In this document: one piece after another, positions 20,821-34,261 of the stretch
Layout: each line of letters opens with the position of its first letter
How positions within the stretch are numbered: position 1 is the stretch's first letter
NCBI RefSeq assembly: GCF_036365525.1
Contig: NW_027140825.1
Span: 1,054,001 to 1,118,000 of the forward strand
From: Heterodontus francisci
Taxonomy: Eukaryota
Direction of reading: 5' to 3'
Length of the DNA: 64,000 bases
Notes under the pieces: generated by a model
What the model was told of the DNA's origin: nothing
The model's database searches: none
The model's input: only the letters and a program-made list of their open reading frames with translations
Program-made: the position numbers and the translations under genes

Positions 20821-23800
20821 TTACCCCCATACAGTATGTAAGATTTCAGTGAACGTTTGGCCGACTCTGCTCTGTCTCATTGATATTTTCCAGTGTTACT
20901 GCTGAAATGTTTGCATTTCGGGTTGTTTTTTTTATATATGGAGAATTGGAAGTGAGCAAGTACTGGGAAAAAAGGGGAAGGGATGTGATTCGAGACCAGA
21001 TTGTGTGTGTGAGAGAAAGAGCTAGGGAGAGCTGGGGAGAGAGACAAAGAGAGGGAGAGGGTGAGGGGAAGAGGGGGCAAGGGAGCGAGAGAGAGAGATA
21101 AACAAACAGAGGGGGCAAGATATGGAGAGAGAGAAAGACAGAGGGAAAGAGAGGGGAAGGGATGGAGAGAGAGAAAGACAGAGGGAAAGAGAAGGGAAGC
21201 GATGGAGAGAGAGAAAGACAGAGGGAAAGAGAGGGGAAGGGATGGAGAGAGACAAATAGACAGACAGGATAGAATATGGAGAGAAAGACAGGCAGCGAGA
21301 GAGAGAGAGAGAGGGTTACAGAGAGACAGAAAGGCAGACAATGAAAAATACTGAGGAGTCAGCAACTTGGAAAACGGTAAGCGAGGTGATAGAGAGAGAG
21401 GGGGAGGGGAGAGAGAGAGACAAACATGGTGAGTGATGGGGAATTAAGCAGGCAGCGCACAGGAAGAGGAGGAAATGAGATAGAAAGGAAAAGAGGTAGG
21501 GGAATGGCTGTACAAGAGATACAGAGAGAAAGAAGGGATAAATGAAAGATACAGGGAGAGAAAAATAGAAAGAGAGAGGGAGAATGATAGTGGGGAATAG
21601 AAAAGGAGAGAAAGATGCAGGGCATTGAGAAAGGCAGGGGACGTATAGAGACAGAGAACTGGTGAGACAGAGAGACCAGGAGCTAGAATAGTGGGTAGAT
21701 AGAGCTGACCAAAAAGAGTTTCCGAGTACCAAAAATGCAACGCTTGTAGCCTTCTAAAGCTGGTTTAAAGATTGACTCGATATCTACGTACATCAATCAG
21801 CCTGATAATAAAGGTATCTTTCAATGTCTGTAGCCAGTGAGAATTGGTTCATATTCCTGAGATGCAGGTCAGTGTGCACTGTTAGACATCAGGAAAGAAT
21901 GAACAGGCTGGGACACTTTTCTGTTGAATGAAGAAAGCTGAGGGGTGACCTGATTGACGTCTTCAGGCTTACGAAGGGGTTTGATAGGGGAGATGGGGCC
22001 ATAAATATAAGACACATCACTATTGAATCCAATCAGGAGAGACTTCTTTACCCAGAGAGTGGTGGGAATGTGGAACTCGTTACCACTTTAAGAAGAATAG
22101 CATCGATCCCTTTAAGGGGAAGTTGGGAAAGCACTTGAAAGAGAAAGGAATGGAAGGAGATGTTGCTGGGGTGAGATGAAGAGTGGGTGGGAGGAGGCTC
22201 ATGTGGAGCTGAAACACTGGCATGGACCAGACGAGCTGAATGGCCTGTTTCTGTGCTGAAATCTCTATGGAGCTGGAGTGCAGTTCAGACAAGGTCTCAC
22301 TGAATGGCAGAACAGATGCGAGGATCAAAATGGCCCCCCTCCTGTTCCTAGGTTTCTATGTATACAGCCTGGGTCTGGTGCAGTTCAACACAGAGGTGAC
22401 TGGCTCGATCCCTCCCCGACTGTATCGCTCAGTAACCCCATAGGGCAGAAGAGAGACAGCAGCCACCTGGCATTACCCATCTCCCACGTGGACAATCCCT
22501 TGGCGACTGTGAGCGCCATTGCCCGCTCAGAGCAAACCATTTACAAAGGAAGGGTGCAGCGCCCTGGGTTCCAAAGCCGGGGATGAAATTGCCCAAATCC
22601 AGAACAGTCTGGAAAAGCACTCATCGGTGAAATTGTTTGGAAGGACAGCATTGTGGTAGGAATGGGCTGGGCTCATAATCCCAAGATATGAGTTCAAATC
22701 CCATCATGGTAGCTGGGGAATTTCAATTCAGCTAATTAGCTCAAAATGTGCAATAAATAGCTAACATCAGCAATGGCGACCTTGAAACTGCGAGAGATTT
22801 GTATCAAACTCCATCTGGTTAACTCATGTTCTTTAGGGACGGAAATCTGCAGCCGTTACCTGGCCTGGCCGACAAGCAATGCCAGACCCACAGCAATGTG
22901 GTTGACTCATAACCGCTCTCTGAAATGGCCTAGAAAGACATTCATTTGTATTCAGGAAAGTAGTTCATCGCCACCTTCTCAGTGGCTGTCAGGGATGGGT
23001 TACACATAGCAACAGGGAAACAGGAGACCATTTAGCCCACTCGAAGCTGCCACGTAGAGCGAGGAAGCGATTCTGCACTCTCACGCCTGTTGCATAGAAT
23101 TGGGCGGAGGAGGTCATTCTGTCCAGGAGAGTCTGTTGTATTGCATCAGGGGGGGTCCATTCAGCCCCTTGATTCTGTTACATAGGCATAGTGTGAGGAG
23201 TCCATTAAACCCCGGCACATGTTCCGCCATTCAATTAGATCATGGAAGATCTGCACACCAACCCTATTTCCCCATTTTTGCTCAATATCCCTTGATCCTG
23301 TTACCCAATAAAATTCATCTACTGTCTACCTGCATATTTTAATGTTGTTTGGAAATGTTGTGCCAAGCGCGTGGGGTAAAACTGAAATAATAGTGGAGAG
23401 AAACGGTTTTCTTTGTCGAAATATTCTATTTATTTCTTAACCAGTGAACAAGAAAAGAAAAAAAATGTAGAAGATCACAAGCGAACTGTCGATACTGGAT
23501 CCACTGAGAACCCCACGACAAATAATGGACAATTATGAGCGCATTTTCCATTTGCAATCGATGAGGTGTCTGATACAAATAGTAATAACATTTCTGCATT
23601 AACAGAAAAGGGAAAAAAGACATTAATAGTTGCACTAAACAGAACTTGAAGTTACAATTTGTTTACTACTGCTTAATATTATACACAGCTTTACTAGAAT
23701 TGCACGGAATGAGGGACTTAAGTTTCATGGAGAGATCAGCAAAGCTGAAATTGATCGCCTTGGCATTAACAACTGGCTTTTTCAAAGAGCTAGCACTTGC

Positions 23801-24208
23801 ACGATGGGCCAAGTGGCCTCCTTTCGTCCTGTAAGGTTGTATGTTTCTTTATAACGTTTCAAACAACACAGACTAACAATTAATAAACAGACAAAATAAA
23901 CTGGAAAAAAAGTTTGCACGTTTCTCAAAGCTTCACCTACTGAGACAACAGGAATTTAATACATTGACGAGAATATGAAAGGACTTATTCCAGTGGAAAA
24001 GACAGACTGGGTCTTAAAATTTCCTCTGTTCGTTTCCCGCAGTGGTGATGGGTATTTAGGGTTGTCCGCCAAAGTTACGCGAGTACAGCGGGAGTGGTTG
24101 AGACGAAATTCACCCCCGAGATATTCACAATAATCGTATTTTCTCTCCCCTTGCTCCCTCGTGTGTTCTGCTGCTTATCCATCTTTTGAGTTCATTAATT
24201 TGCGACGA

Positions 24209-24235
24209 TCAGTCAAACCTTTTGCTGTAAGACGT
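24209..24235 (-). CDS. TRBC: TRBC exon 4 (cytoplasmic TSYSKRFD*)
   Basis: Acceptor ttttttatcatataccag|ACG TCT TAC AGC AAA AGG TTT GAC TGA. Confidence 0.88.
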   Translation of the reverse strand, partial: TSYSKRFD

Positions 24236-25180
24236 CTGGTATATGATAAAAAAAAGAGGGAGTTATTATCGTCATGGAATTATGGACTGATACAGAACAG
24301 AAGGAGGCCATTCGTCCCGCGTGCCTATACTGGCATTTTGAAAGAGCTGTCCAATTAGTCCCATTTCACAGTTCTTTCCCCTATAGCCCTGAGACTATTC
24401 CCTCCCCGACTACCTCCACCCCCTCAAACAAGTATTCATCCAATTCCCTCTTGAAAGTTACTACTAAATCAGCTTCCACCGCCCTTTCAGCCAGTGCATT
24501 CTCAACCACAACAACTCGCTGGCTCAAAATATATTTCTCACCTGCCCCTCTGCTCCCTTGGCTAATCACCTTACAGCTGTGTCCTTGGTTGGGCAATCCT
24601 GCTGCCTCTTTGAAGCTGTTACCCCATTCGTTGTCCTATCCAAACCCTTCATCATTGTGCACACCTCTAATAAATCTCTCCTTAACCTTCCCTGATCCAA
24701 GGAGAACAATCCCAACGTCCGTATTCTCCTCACATCACTGAGGTCCCTCAACCCTGATACCGTTCAAGTAAATCGCCCCTTCACCCTCTCCAATGACTCG
24801 ACATCACTGTCCTGAGCAGATCATCATGTGCATGAATAATCGAGACGAACCATGCACATGCTCTTTCCTGCTCATGCATTCCTAACCTTGCATATAAAGT
24901 CTTGTAAAATCACAATAAGTTCAATTATTTTCCAAGGGAAATTCCAGAACATTGACAATTGTGTTCAACTGGATTAAATTGGTTGGTTAGTGTTGTGGGC
25001 ACAGGAATGAATGGAAAGTGAATTGGTGTATTCCATCTGCGTGCAATAGGAATGCAAAACTAGGGCTCGTGAATATCGGATAGTCACTCGTAATTTCAGT
25101 CTGGAATTCAGGAGAAACTTCTTTACCCAGTTTCACCATTACAATACCTATGTTAAGAACTTCAGTAATTTTAATCTTAC

Positions 25181-25287
25181 CTTAGTTTTCCAAGCAATTG
25201 TTGAGATGAAAATTGTATAAAAGATGCTTTTGCAGATGAGGATCAGGTATGTCAGTTTTGCCGTTGCCATGCTTTGGATTTTCGCCT
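25181..25287 (-). CDS. TRBC: TRBC exon 3 (connecting peptide + TM)
   Basis: (E)AKIQSMATAKLTYLILICKSIFYTIFISTIAWKTK with TM Lys and conserved Tyr residues; tttacag| acceptor and |gtaag donor. Confidence 0.95.
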
Positions 25288-25529
25288 CTGTAAAGTAAAT
25301 GTAACAGAAAATGTTGCAATCTCTGTTCTCTCAAGGCAAGAAATGCTACTGCGTGAAAATGTAATGTGTGTCAGTGAAGCAGCCCAATGTAAGGGTCGAG
25401 CTGCGAAAGCAGAACTGATCTCCCTTTGACGCAAGGAGCCCTGGGGTATTCCTTACTACAAATGGAGTTCAGCAATATGGCCGATCTGAATTGGGGCCGC
25501 TGTAACTTCTGTGTCAGCTATGGCTCACG

Positions 25530-25715
25530 TATGTATCAGCTCTAGCTGAGTGGGTAACGCTCTCCTGTCTGAGTCGTACGATTGTGGGTTCATGCCCCAG
25601 TCCAAAGACATGAACCCCATAATCCAGACTGACTCTCCCAGTGCCAGTAGACAGCGTGTGTGCTGCACTGCAACTTTGGAGGAACCTTCTTTGAGATGAT
25701 GTGTTAAAACTAATT
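25530..25715 (+). mobile_element. DeuSINE (SacSINE-like) fragment
   Basis: tRNA-like head (ctgagtc...tgtgggttca...cccc) then aatccagactgactctcccagtgccagta...tgctgcactg. Confidence 0.55.
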
Positions 25716-26089
25716 TAACCTCTGGGAAGTGGAACTGTCCCTCTTATCTCCACGCCAGATTCACACTATCAACTCCCAAGGAATTGTAAGTTTTAAGACA
25801 GGTGTACACAGCTCCCTCCCCTCCCATCCCCAGGCGTCTCCTCTCCCTCATCACAGGGCAGCATATTTCCCTGAGGTCGTGAACCCAAGAGGACTGTGAT
25901 GTTATATCATTCGACTAGGCTGATCTCGAAATTCCCACGGCCTTTCCCTCCCAGAGGAGTTTTCTCATAAACTCGTTGTGCATGATAGTATGTATAACTG
26001 TAAAATTACAGCTTGGAAATGTTGAAATGAGTATATACATGAAATGTCTGACACAGTAATAATTCCAGAATTATTGGTGAATATTTTTT

Positions 26090-26630
26090 GAGTCATGGAG
26101 TCATTACAGCACAGAAAGAGGTCATTCGGCCCATCGAGTCCATGCAGGATCTCTGCAGAGCAATCCAATCAGTCCAGCTCTCCCCTTCCATCTCCATTGC
26201 CCTGCAAGTTAATTACCCTCAACAGTCCGTCCAGTTTCCTTATGAAATCATTCATTATCTCCATTTCCACCACCCTCGTAGACAGTGACTTCCAGGTCAT
26301 TACCACTCGCTGCATAAAACACTTCTTCCTCACATCCACCCCCCACTGCATCTTTTTCCCAAAGCCTGAAAACTGTGACCCCCCCCCCCACCAGTCCTTG
26401 TGCCAGCAACTCATGGGGACAACTTTTCTTTGTCTACCCATTGTAAACCTGTCATAATCTTGAACAACTCTGTCAAATAGCCCCTCAATCTCCTTTTCTC
26501 CAAGGAGAACAACCCAGGTTCTCCAATGTAACTTTGTAGCTAAAATTCCTCATCTCTGGAACCATTGTGGTAAATCTCCTCTGCACCCTCTCAAGGACCC
26601 TCACCTCCTTTACAAAGTGTGGCGACCAGA
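26090..26630 (-). mobile_element. CR1-type LINE 3' fragment
   Basis: Minus-strand remnants WSPHFVKEVRVLERVQRRFT and FMQRVVMTWKSL. Confidence 0.8.
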
Positions 26631-26657
26631 TACAGATAGAAGCAGATAGATATTCAC

Positions 26658-26678
26658 CTTTACTTATACCGCACATTT
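26658..26678 (-). CDS. TRBC: TRBC exon 2 (hinge, (E)MCGISK)
   Basis: ttttcccag|AAATGTGCGGTATAAGTAAAG|gtgaat; 21 nt, interchain Cys. Confidence 0.9.
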
Positions 26679-26998
26679 CTGGGAAAAGAAAGAAAAATCA
26701 ATAAACATTCAGCATCAGAATATTTTATGAAATCACTGTGTAAATGTAGATTATCACAATTGAGTCCCGCACTGTAGTCTAATATATTGAGAGTCATTTT
26801 AATTGAGTGTTTAACCATATCTTCCCCTTTACACTACAATATTGTTCTATTTCATGAATTATTTAATTATTTATTGACTTACTGATACATCTACTTGCTT
26901 ATTCGTACTTTCATAAGAGCACAGGTGCGATATAAATGCAACTTTCTGATTTCTTTGAAGCTGAAATAAAATGGTATTGGTCTCACTAGTGTGCCTAC

Positions 26999-27349
26999 CT
27001 GCTTTGACAGCTAATGTTGAACTGCTTGTTGCAGGCACTGATTCGTTAGTGTAGAGATCTACTCTGCACTCAACGTTCTTGGACCGAGCCCAATCTAGGG
27101 CGTCGAATCTCAGCCGGCTGCTGATGCTGTAAGATGTATTTTCTTTTGATAGGATGGCATTGAGATCAGTGTGAATGTTCGTGTCATTAGCATCTTTCTC
27201 CTTGCCATCGACAAGCCAGTGGATCTTGATGTTGTCGGGGTAGAAGTCGCTGACGAGGCAGACCACAGTGGCTTTTTTCTTTTCTCTAATCTCTTCGGGA
27301 GAGGGCTCAAAGACAGTAACTTTGGCAGGCCTAATCGTATCGTTTTCGC
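26999..27349 (-). CDS. TRBC: TRBC exon 1 (Ig C1 domain), functional
   Basis: (G)ENDTIRPAKVTVFEPSPEEIREKKKATVVCLVSDFYPDNIKIHW...SYSISSRLRF...ECRVDLY...LAVKA; cctgcag| acceptor and G|gtagg donor. Confidence 0.96.
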
Positions 27350-27442
27350 CTGCAGGAAAAGTAAATGGAGACAATATGGATGAGTATGAAACCCGTCTTG
27401 AGAATTTTAAACCACCAAACAATATCAACCTTTCAATCCTAG

Positions 27443-27495
27443 CCAGAGCAGCTAATTTTGTGCCAACTCCAGAATAAACCTCTCTGTTTCCCGAA
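27443..27495 (-). pseudogene. TRBJ2-18 pseudogene (C-proximal)
   Basis: SGNREVYSGVGTKLAAL (F>S); donor GT>CT; RSS caccgat with spacer collapsed to ~4 nt. Confidence 0.72.
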
Positions 27496-27764
27496 CACCG
27501 ATCAGTCATAAAACGTAGAATCAGTTAGCAACCTCGACATGCTTTTGTACATTTTAACCCAAAGTGGCAGAAAATGATCATCTCAACCTCTTAGTCATTG
27601 AGGGAAGTACAAGTCTGTCTCATTATGAAAGAGGTTCTCCTGTCTATCTGAAAAGTGTTATCCTGAACTCTGGGCCAGCCTGTTCTCAATTAGAAGGCTA
27701 TCACTCACCTTGTCCCATTATCTAGAGCCCTTTCCTATCAGGGAGGTTATGGGGAACATTTCTA

Positions 27765-28325
27765 AAGCTCTGGTTAGGCCACAACTAGAGTTTTGCAGCC
27801 AGTTCTGATCACCACATTTGAGGAAGGTAGTGAGTGTCCTTGAGAGGGTGCAGAGGATATTTAACAGAATGGTTCCAGGGATGAAGGATTTTAGCTACAA
27901 GGTTAGGTTGGAGAAGCTGGGATTGTTCTGCTTGGAGCAAAGGAGATTGAGGGGAGATTTGATGGCAGCGTACAAGATTATGACGGATTTAGATAAGGTA
28001 GACAAAGAAAAGCTTCACCCATTAGTTGTTGGTACAAGGACCAGGAGAGACAGATTTCTGGTGCTGTGAAAAAGATGCAGGGGGGTGTGAGGGGGGACAT
28101 TTTTATGCCACGTGTGGTAATGACCTGGAACTCGCTGCCTACAAGGGTGGTGGAAGCGGAGACAATGAATGATTTCAGAAGGAAATTGGATGGACACTTG
28201 AGGCAAATTAACTTGCAGGGCCATAGGGATAGAGCGGGTGAGTGGGACTGATTGGATTGCCAGACAGAGAGCTGGCATGGACTCGATGGGCTGAATGGCC
28301 CCCCTCTGTGCTGTATTATGATTCT
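27765..28325 (+). mobile_element. CR1-type LINE 3' fragment
   Basis: LERVQRIFNRMVPGMKDFSY...LGLFCLEQRRLRGDL. Confidence 0.82.
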
Positions 28326-29707
28326 AATCCTACTCTTGTCTCTTCCCCCAAATGTAATATTTAATAATTAGTGCTACCGTAAACTCACACATGAAAGGAG
28401 GGGACCATTCGGCCTGTTGTGTGAATTCCAGCTCTTTGGTAGAACTAGCCAATTAATCCTACTCCCCACCCTGTTCTTCTCACATAACCCAGTAAACTAT
28501 GTACCTTCAAACTCTCTCTATTTCCCTTTTGAAAGCTACTATTGAAGTGAAGCTACTATTGAATCTGCTTTCAGCACCATGTCAGGCATTACATTCCAAA
28601 TCACAACAACTCGCTGTTTAAACAAAATATTTCCTCATCCCCCCTTTTTTTTGCCAACGACCTTAAATCTGTGTCCTTCGGGTTACCGAACCTCCTACCA
28701 CTGGAAAAAAAGGTTTCTCCCTTTTAACTCTATCGAAAGCCTTCCTGAGTTTCAGCACCTCAATTAAAATTTTCCCTGTACCTTCTCTGCTCCAAGGACA
28801 ACAATCCCAGCTTCTACAATCTCTTCACGATATCTGAAGTGCCTCAACTCTGGAACCATTCCAGTCAATCTACTCTGCATTCTCTCTGGGGACTTAACCT
28901 GTTTTCCAAAGGGTGGCACCAAAATGGAACACAATGCTGCTACTGAGGCCTAAACAGTATTTTATAAATGTTCATGATAACAGCTTTGCTTTGCCCTCTG
29001 TGCCTCTGTTTACAGAGCCAAAAGGATTCAGTGTGCCTTTTGATAGCCTTTTGAACCTGCCCTGCCACCTTCATAGATTTATGAACATACATCCCCCTGG
29101 TTTCTCTGTTCCTGCACCCAATTTAAAATTGCACCGTTTGAGAAACAATGTATTGGCTCAAAGAAAATAAGGGGAGTGTGTCCGAGCCAATATTTATCCC
29201 TCATTCAGCACTTCACATCCACCATTTCCGGTTATCTGGTCATTTCGTGCAATGATGCTTGTGGGATCTTGCTGTGCGCATTTTGGCTGAAATCTTTCCC
29301 TCCATTACAACAGTGACTACACTCCACAGTCAGTTCTTTAACTCTCAAGCTCTATGAGCGTAATATTGCGAAAGAAATACCTGAACAGGTTTGGGTTTAC
29401 AGACAAGACTCTGTGAGAATGCCTTGAATATTAAAATGATAAAATCATTAACATAATGACTGATGCCTAATTTTGTTATATTTATGTTCTGAATATTGAA
29501 CCATTGGAGATTTCAGGAGACGTCTCTTCACCCGGAGAATAGTGACAATGTGGAATTCGCTTTTTCTTTTGACTCGGAGGTAAGAGTGTTACCATTGTGT
29601 AACTTCACTGAAATACTTAAACCCAAGCAGCATTTTGAGAACTGGTCTCTTTCTCAACCAGTTGAGCTGCAGTTGACAGATGCAGTTTGACAATGGTGCG
29701 TCTTTAC

Positions 29708-29759
29708 CTAGAACTAGTTAGTTTGGTACCTTTGCTGCAATACAAGAAAATGCCTTGCG
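29708..29759 (-). pseudogene. TRBJ2-17 pseudogene
   Basis: GIFLYCSKGTKLT then a 1-nt insertion, then VL|gtaaag; FGXG lost; RSS degenerate. Confidence 0.65.
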
Positions 29760-30699
29760 CACGTTGCTGTCCAAAATCTGCCTGTTTCCAAAGGGGCTGA
29801 ACACAAGTTTAATTTTGGTCTTAACAATTGTACTTTTATTGGGACTTCCTCCCTCCGGGATTCACCACGCTGTTGTTTGTCTTCAATTAATTTTCCCTTT
29901 ATATTTTGTCTGCTTTTCCTGGTTACTTGCGAATGTGTCTTTATTGTAAGAATAATCTTAATAAAACAACACTAATCTCCCCTTCGCCTTCTCTGCTCTG
30001 AGTAGAACAATCCCAGCTTCTCCCATCTCTACACATAAGTGATACCTCCCCATGTCTGGTACCATTCTAGTAAACATCTTCTGCACCCTCTCTATGGCCT
30101 TGACATCCTTCCTAAAGTGTGTTAACCATGAACTGGTCACAATACTCCAGGCGAGGCCTACCTGGTGATTAATAACAACGAAACATTGCATTTATCTAAC
30201 CCCGTTGATGTAGTGCAAAATCTCAACAGAGGAGCAACTCAGACAGCAACATGATATCGAGTTATACAAGGAGATATTAGGGACAGGTGACCAGTCAAAG
30301 AAGTAGGTTCTAAGATGCCTCTTAAAGAAGGAGAGAGGTAGAGGAGCGGAGGGGTTTAAGGAGGGAATTCCAGGGTTTAGGGCTCAGGCAGCTGAAGGCA
30401 CAGCAGCCAATGGTGGGTTCGAGGGAGGGGAGGATGCACAAGAGGCCAGAATTGGAGGAGCACTGAGAAATCATCATGGTTTCTATTAGGACTAGCGGAA
30501 GTTACAGAAATAAGGAGCCACCGCCTCACTGACAGAACAATGCACTAATCCCGCGTAAATATCCCCCACACGTGAAATGAATCCTTGTGTTCATCTGCTA
30601 AAATCCCTCCCCACAATTAGAGAACTGCAACCGGAGAACAACAGCAGACCTTGGTCCATCCATCATTAACTGAGACCTCTTGTACTGTCAGCTACTCAC

Positions 30700-30750
30700 C
30701 CGAAACGCTTAGCTTCGTGCCCCCTCCAAAATACTGTTCATATCCTGAAG
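30700..30750 (-). CDS. TRBJ: TRBJ2-16 (SGYEQYFGGGTKLSVS)
   Basis: RSS caccatg-12-actaaaact (30751-30778); donor gtgagt. Confidence 0.92.
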
Positions 30751-31757
30751 CACCATGCTACAACCCTACACTAAAACTAACAAGAGTGTCTCTCCCCTCT
30801 AGATGGATGCAGTTGGTGCTGGGGATAATACATTGAAATTGCAACGATCGAACCAAAGTTCTATATAAGTTTCATGTAACTTCTCTGCTTTGGAATGCTA
30901 GCTAATCCCCTGCAAAGGAAGCCCTGTGCTTTGTTTGCTGTTATTATTGGATATTAGTCAATATTAAAGATGCAGCCAAGTACGATGTCGTACTGCATCA
31001 GGGGATACCAATTAGAATTAAGCCTGCAGGTTGCTCAATCTTCTGCTAACACCCAGAGCTTCTTGCTGTTTCCCCATAACCCTACAATTGTTAGCCTTCA
31101 AGTATGCATCAAATGCATTGTTTGAGCTATTTTCAGGCAGTGCATTCCACATGACAACAACTGGCTGTGTAAAAACAAATGCTCATCTCCCTCTTTGTTT
31201 CTTTTACCAATCACAAATCTGTTCTCTCTGCTTACCGACCCTTCTCCCAGCAGAAATGAGTTATTCTTATTTACTCTCTTACAAACCATATGATTTTGGG
31301 CATTTTGAATATGATATTAATTCCCACATTAACCTTCTCTTCTCTGAGGAGAACAACCCCAGTTTCTCCAGTATCTCCACACAATTGAAGTCCTTCATCC
31401 CTGGTACCACACAAGCAAATCTTCTTTAACCTTCTCTGCTCCAAGGAGAACAACATTCTGCTTTTCCAGTCTCTCTACAAAGCTGAAATCTTTTCTCCCT
31501 GGTATCAATCACCCCACCACCACTTAATCTTCTCTGCATTACCCTACCAGTTTTCAGAATATATCTTGCTGAAATATTGCGAATTAAATATAATAATTAT
31601 TACGATAATTTGGTAATAAGTGGGGCAACGAGGGAAATCTGGGAAGCAGGGTCAGACATGCAGCTCTGTGCAGTTTTGTACTGGAGTGTAATGCCATGGG
31701 TAAATATACAACTAACTTAATTGACGCACTCAAAACGTTACATTTTTTAAAACTTAC

Positions 31758-31809
31758 CCAACACTGTTAATTTGGGACTGTGGCCAAAATGAACGTTAGC
31801 AGTTGCATC
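31758..31809 (-). CDS. TRBJ: TRBJ2-15, ORF with non-canonical FGHS (DATANVHFGHSPKLTVL)
   Basis: RSS cacaatg-12-cagaaaact (31810-31837); donor gtaagt. Confidence 0.8.
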
Positions 31810-32416
31810 CACAATGCTACATTCCTATCAGAAAACTAGGATGGCCTAACAGTTCCCGTAGACTGTCAATACTGTAGCTTGTTCACTGTATTTATTTAGT
31901 ATATCAAGTGAGCATGTAGTGAAATTGTTAAACTGTTTGGACATTGCCACATATCTCTCACTTTGAAGTCTGATTTTCGATAGTGTTTCAGCATAAATTT
32001 AAGTCAATTCCTTATGAACTCAATTTAGTTATTTTCTTGAAGGAAGACTAGGTGAGTTTGCCATTTAGTATCTAATCTTCTACAACCTTGACGAGATCTA
32101 GTCTTTGTTTATTACATTCAAGAATTTTTGTTTGACGGTAGCTGGCGCTAAGATAAAACTCAGCCATAATTTAAGTGAATGGTGGAAGATGCTCAAGGGA
32201 TGAATGGTCCTTTGTGGCTTCTTATGTTTGATTGGAGTCCATTACAAACTCGTTGTCTAGGGTTTGCATCTGTTATAAACTCGACAGTGGCCCTTCCTGA
32301 GTTCAGCCTTTAAGATAATCACTACTAGTTGAGCCTTGCCTCTCTGCTTTTACATTGGTGAAGCTTAATGCTTTTACATTGAACACTGGGGGGACAAATC
32401 GCTCGGTTTTACATAC

Positions 32417-32472
32417 CCAGAACTGTTAATCTTGTCCCGTCGCCAAAGCGGAGAGGTGTGCTGTTTCCAGAA
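32417..32472 (-). CDS. TRBJ: TRBJ2-14 (SGNSTPLRFGDGTRLTVL)
   Basis: RSS cacagtg-12-attaaaact (32473-32500); donor gtatgt. Confidence 0.92.
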
Positions 32473-33035
32473 CACAGTGTTACAAAGCAGTATTAAAACT
32501 GCTGGGTACCAATGATTACATGATACTTCATCGAATGCGCTGACACCTTGGAACAATTATCATTCAACCAATTGCAATGTGTAGATTTTTCTGACCTTTT
32601 CTCCACCATTCCATTTGAAAACAGAGAAATTATGGTAAAATTTGATTAGACGTTCTTGGAGCTCTGTGCACAGTTCTGGTCTCCATATCCCTCGGTTAGA
32701 CCACACTTGGATCACTGTGCACAGTTCTCGTCTTCATACATATTTACCAATCAGGAAAGACTGAATAGCCTTTATGATAGATAAGAGAAGGCTTAGAGGT
32801 GACCTGAAAGAGGCGTCTAAGATTATGAAAGGGTGGGGGGGGGGGGGTTCCGGAGGGTAGACACAGAGAAGTCTGGTAACGTTGTCTTTGCAAAATTGTG
32901 CATCTTGGGATTCAAATTTACTCAAGTTTTCCAGTATGTGGCCAGGTTTGTGAGTTTTGGCAGAATTACGAAGCAATGAATGAACACTTAGAGCGAATTA
33001 AATTTGAATATTGAGATCTATTCTTGTTTACCGAC

Positions 33036-33084
33036 CTAGAACGTAATCCCAGAGCCAAAGTAAGAGATCGAGGTCCCAGCTGAA
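33036..33084 (-). pseudogene. TRBJ2-13 pseudogene (SAGTSISYFGSGIT then deletion/stop)
   Basis: Intact RSS cacaatg-12-tgtaaaact (33085-33112), but the 3' part is shortened with an in-frame TAG. Confidence 0.78.
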
Positions 33085-33119
33085 CACAATGTCACAGGCC
33101 AGTTGTAAAACTACCAGGG

Positions 33120-33660
33120 CCCTCAGTTAGGCCTGAGCTGGAGTCTCGTGCCCAATTCAGGGCACCACACTTTTGGAAGGATGTCAAGGTCTTGGAGAGC
33201 GTGCAGAGAGAGATTTACTGGAATGGTCCTAGAAATGAGGGACTCAGTTATGTGGACAGACTGGAGAAGCTGGGATTGTTCTCCCAGAGAAGGTGAAGGA
33301 GGGAGTTAATAGCTGCTTTCAAAGCCACGAAGGGCTTTGTTAGAGTCAGTAGGGGGAGACTGATTCCACTGGCCGGAGATTTCACAACCAGAGAACATAG
33401 ATTTAAGGCAATTGGCAAAAGATCCAGATGTTTATTGAGGGGCCATTTCTTTACACAACGACTTGTTATGATATGGAATGCATTACCTGAAAGTGTGATA
33501 GATACTGATTGCATATTGAACTTCAAAAAAGAATTGGATCATAGTTCAAAAAGGCGAAAATTGCAGGGCTGTATAGAAAGAAAAGGGGTGAGGGAGGCGA
33601 ATTGGAGAACATTTCCCAACAGCCGACTCTAGTAAGATGGGCCGAGTGGTATTCTTGTGT
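33120..33660 (+). mobile_element. CR1-type LINE 3' fragment
   Basis: ...RGHFFTQRLVMIWNALPESV... remnant. Confidence 0.75.
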
Positions 33661-34261
33661 CCAACATGCATATTTGTCGAATTATTTCCATCAACTGTTT
33701 TTTTTAGAAGTCTGTCCCATTATCAACAGTGAGCATTCATTCCAGAAGATCACTGCTTCAGGACGTTAATCATAACAAGCTGAACAAACTCTGTTTAAGA
33801 ATGGGATTGAATTTTATACGGATGAAGGCAAAGCACAATCTTCTAAAACAAAATCGAAGCGGTCATTTTTATGAATTAGTGTGAGGTTAACAATTTTATG
33901 CGGCAACAGCTCAGAATTGTTGACTTAATTTTGGCTGCAAGCCCATAAAGTATGGATTGACAAAAGTATTAGGGTCATGTCTTTACAGCCATGTCTATCC
34001 TGGATTCTACTCCACCCAATAACCCTCCTGAGAAAAGAGCCTGAGGAATGTCTCCCAATTCCAAAACAATTCAGCCAATCACAAGAAGGCATTTCCACCA
34101 TAACATTCTACGTTAGACAACCCAATGCACTTCTCTGTCGGTTTAATGTCACACAGCATTTTCTATATTTTTGAAAGGATAATAAGATTGTCGATGTGCT
34201 GGTTGATAATTCGAAAAATGGACAGTAATGGGAAACTACAGAATATGATGATAGACTATCC

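Noticed and set aside
29585-29660. Possible extra J relic on minus strand (GFKYFSEVTQ)
   Set aside because: No CAC heptamer, no donor and a stop follows; too degenerate to support.
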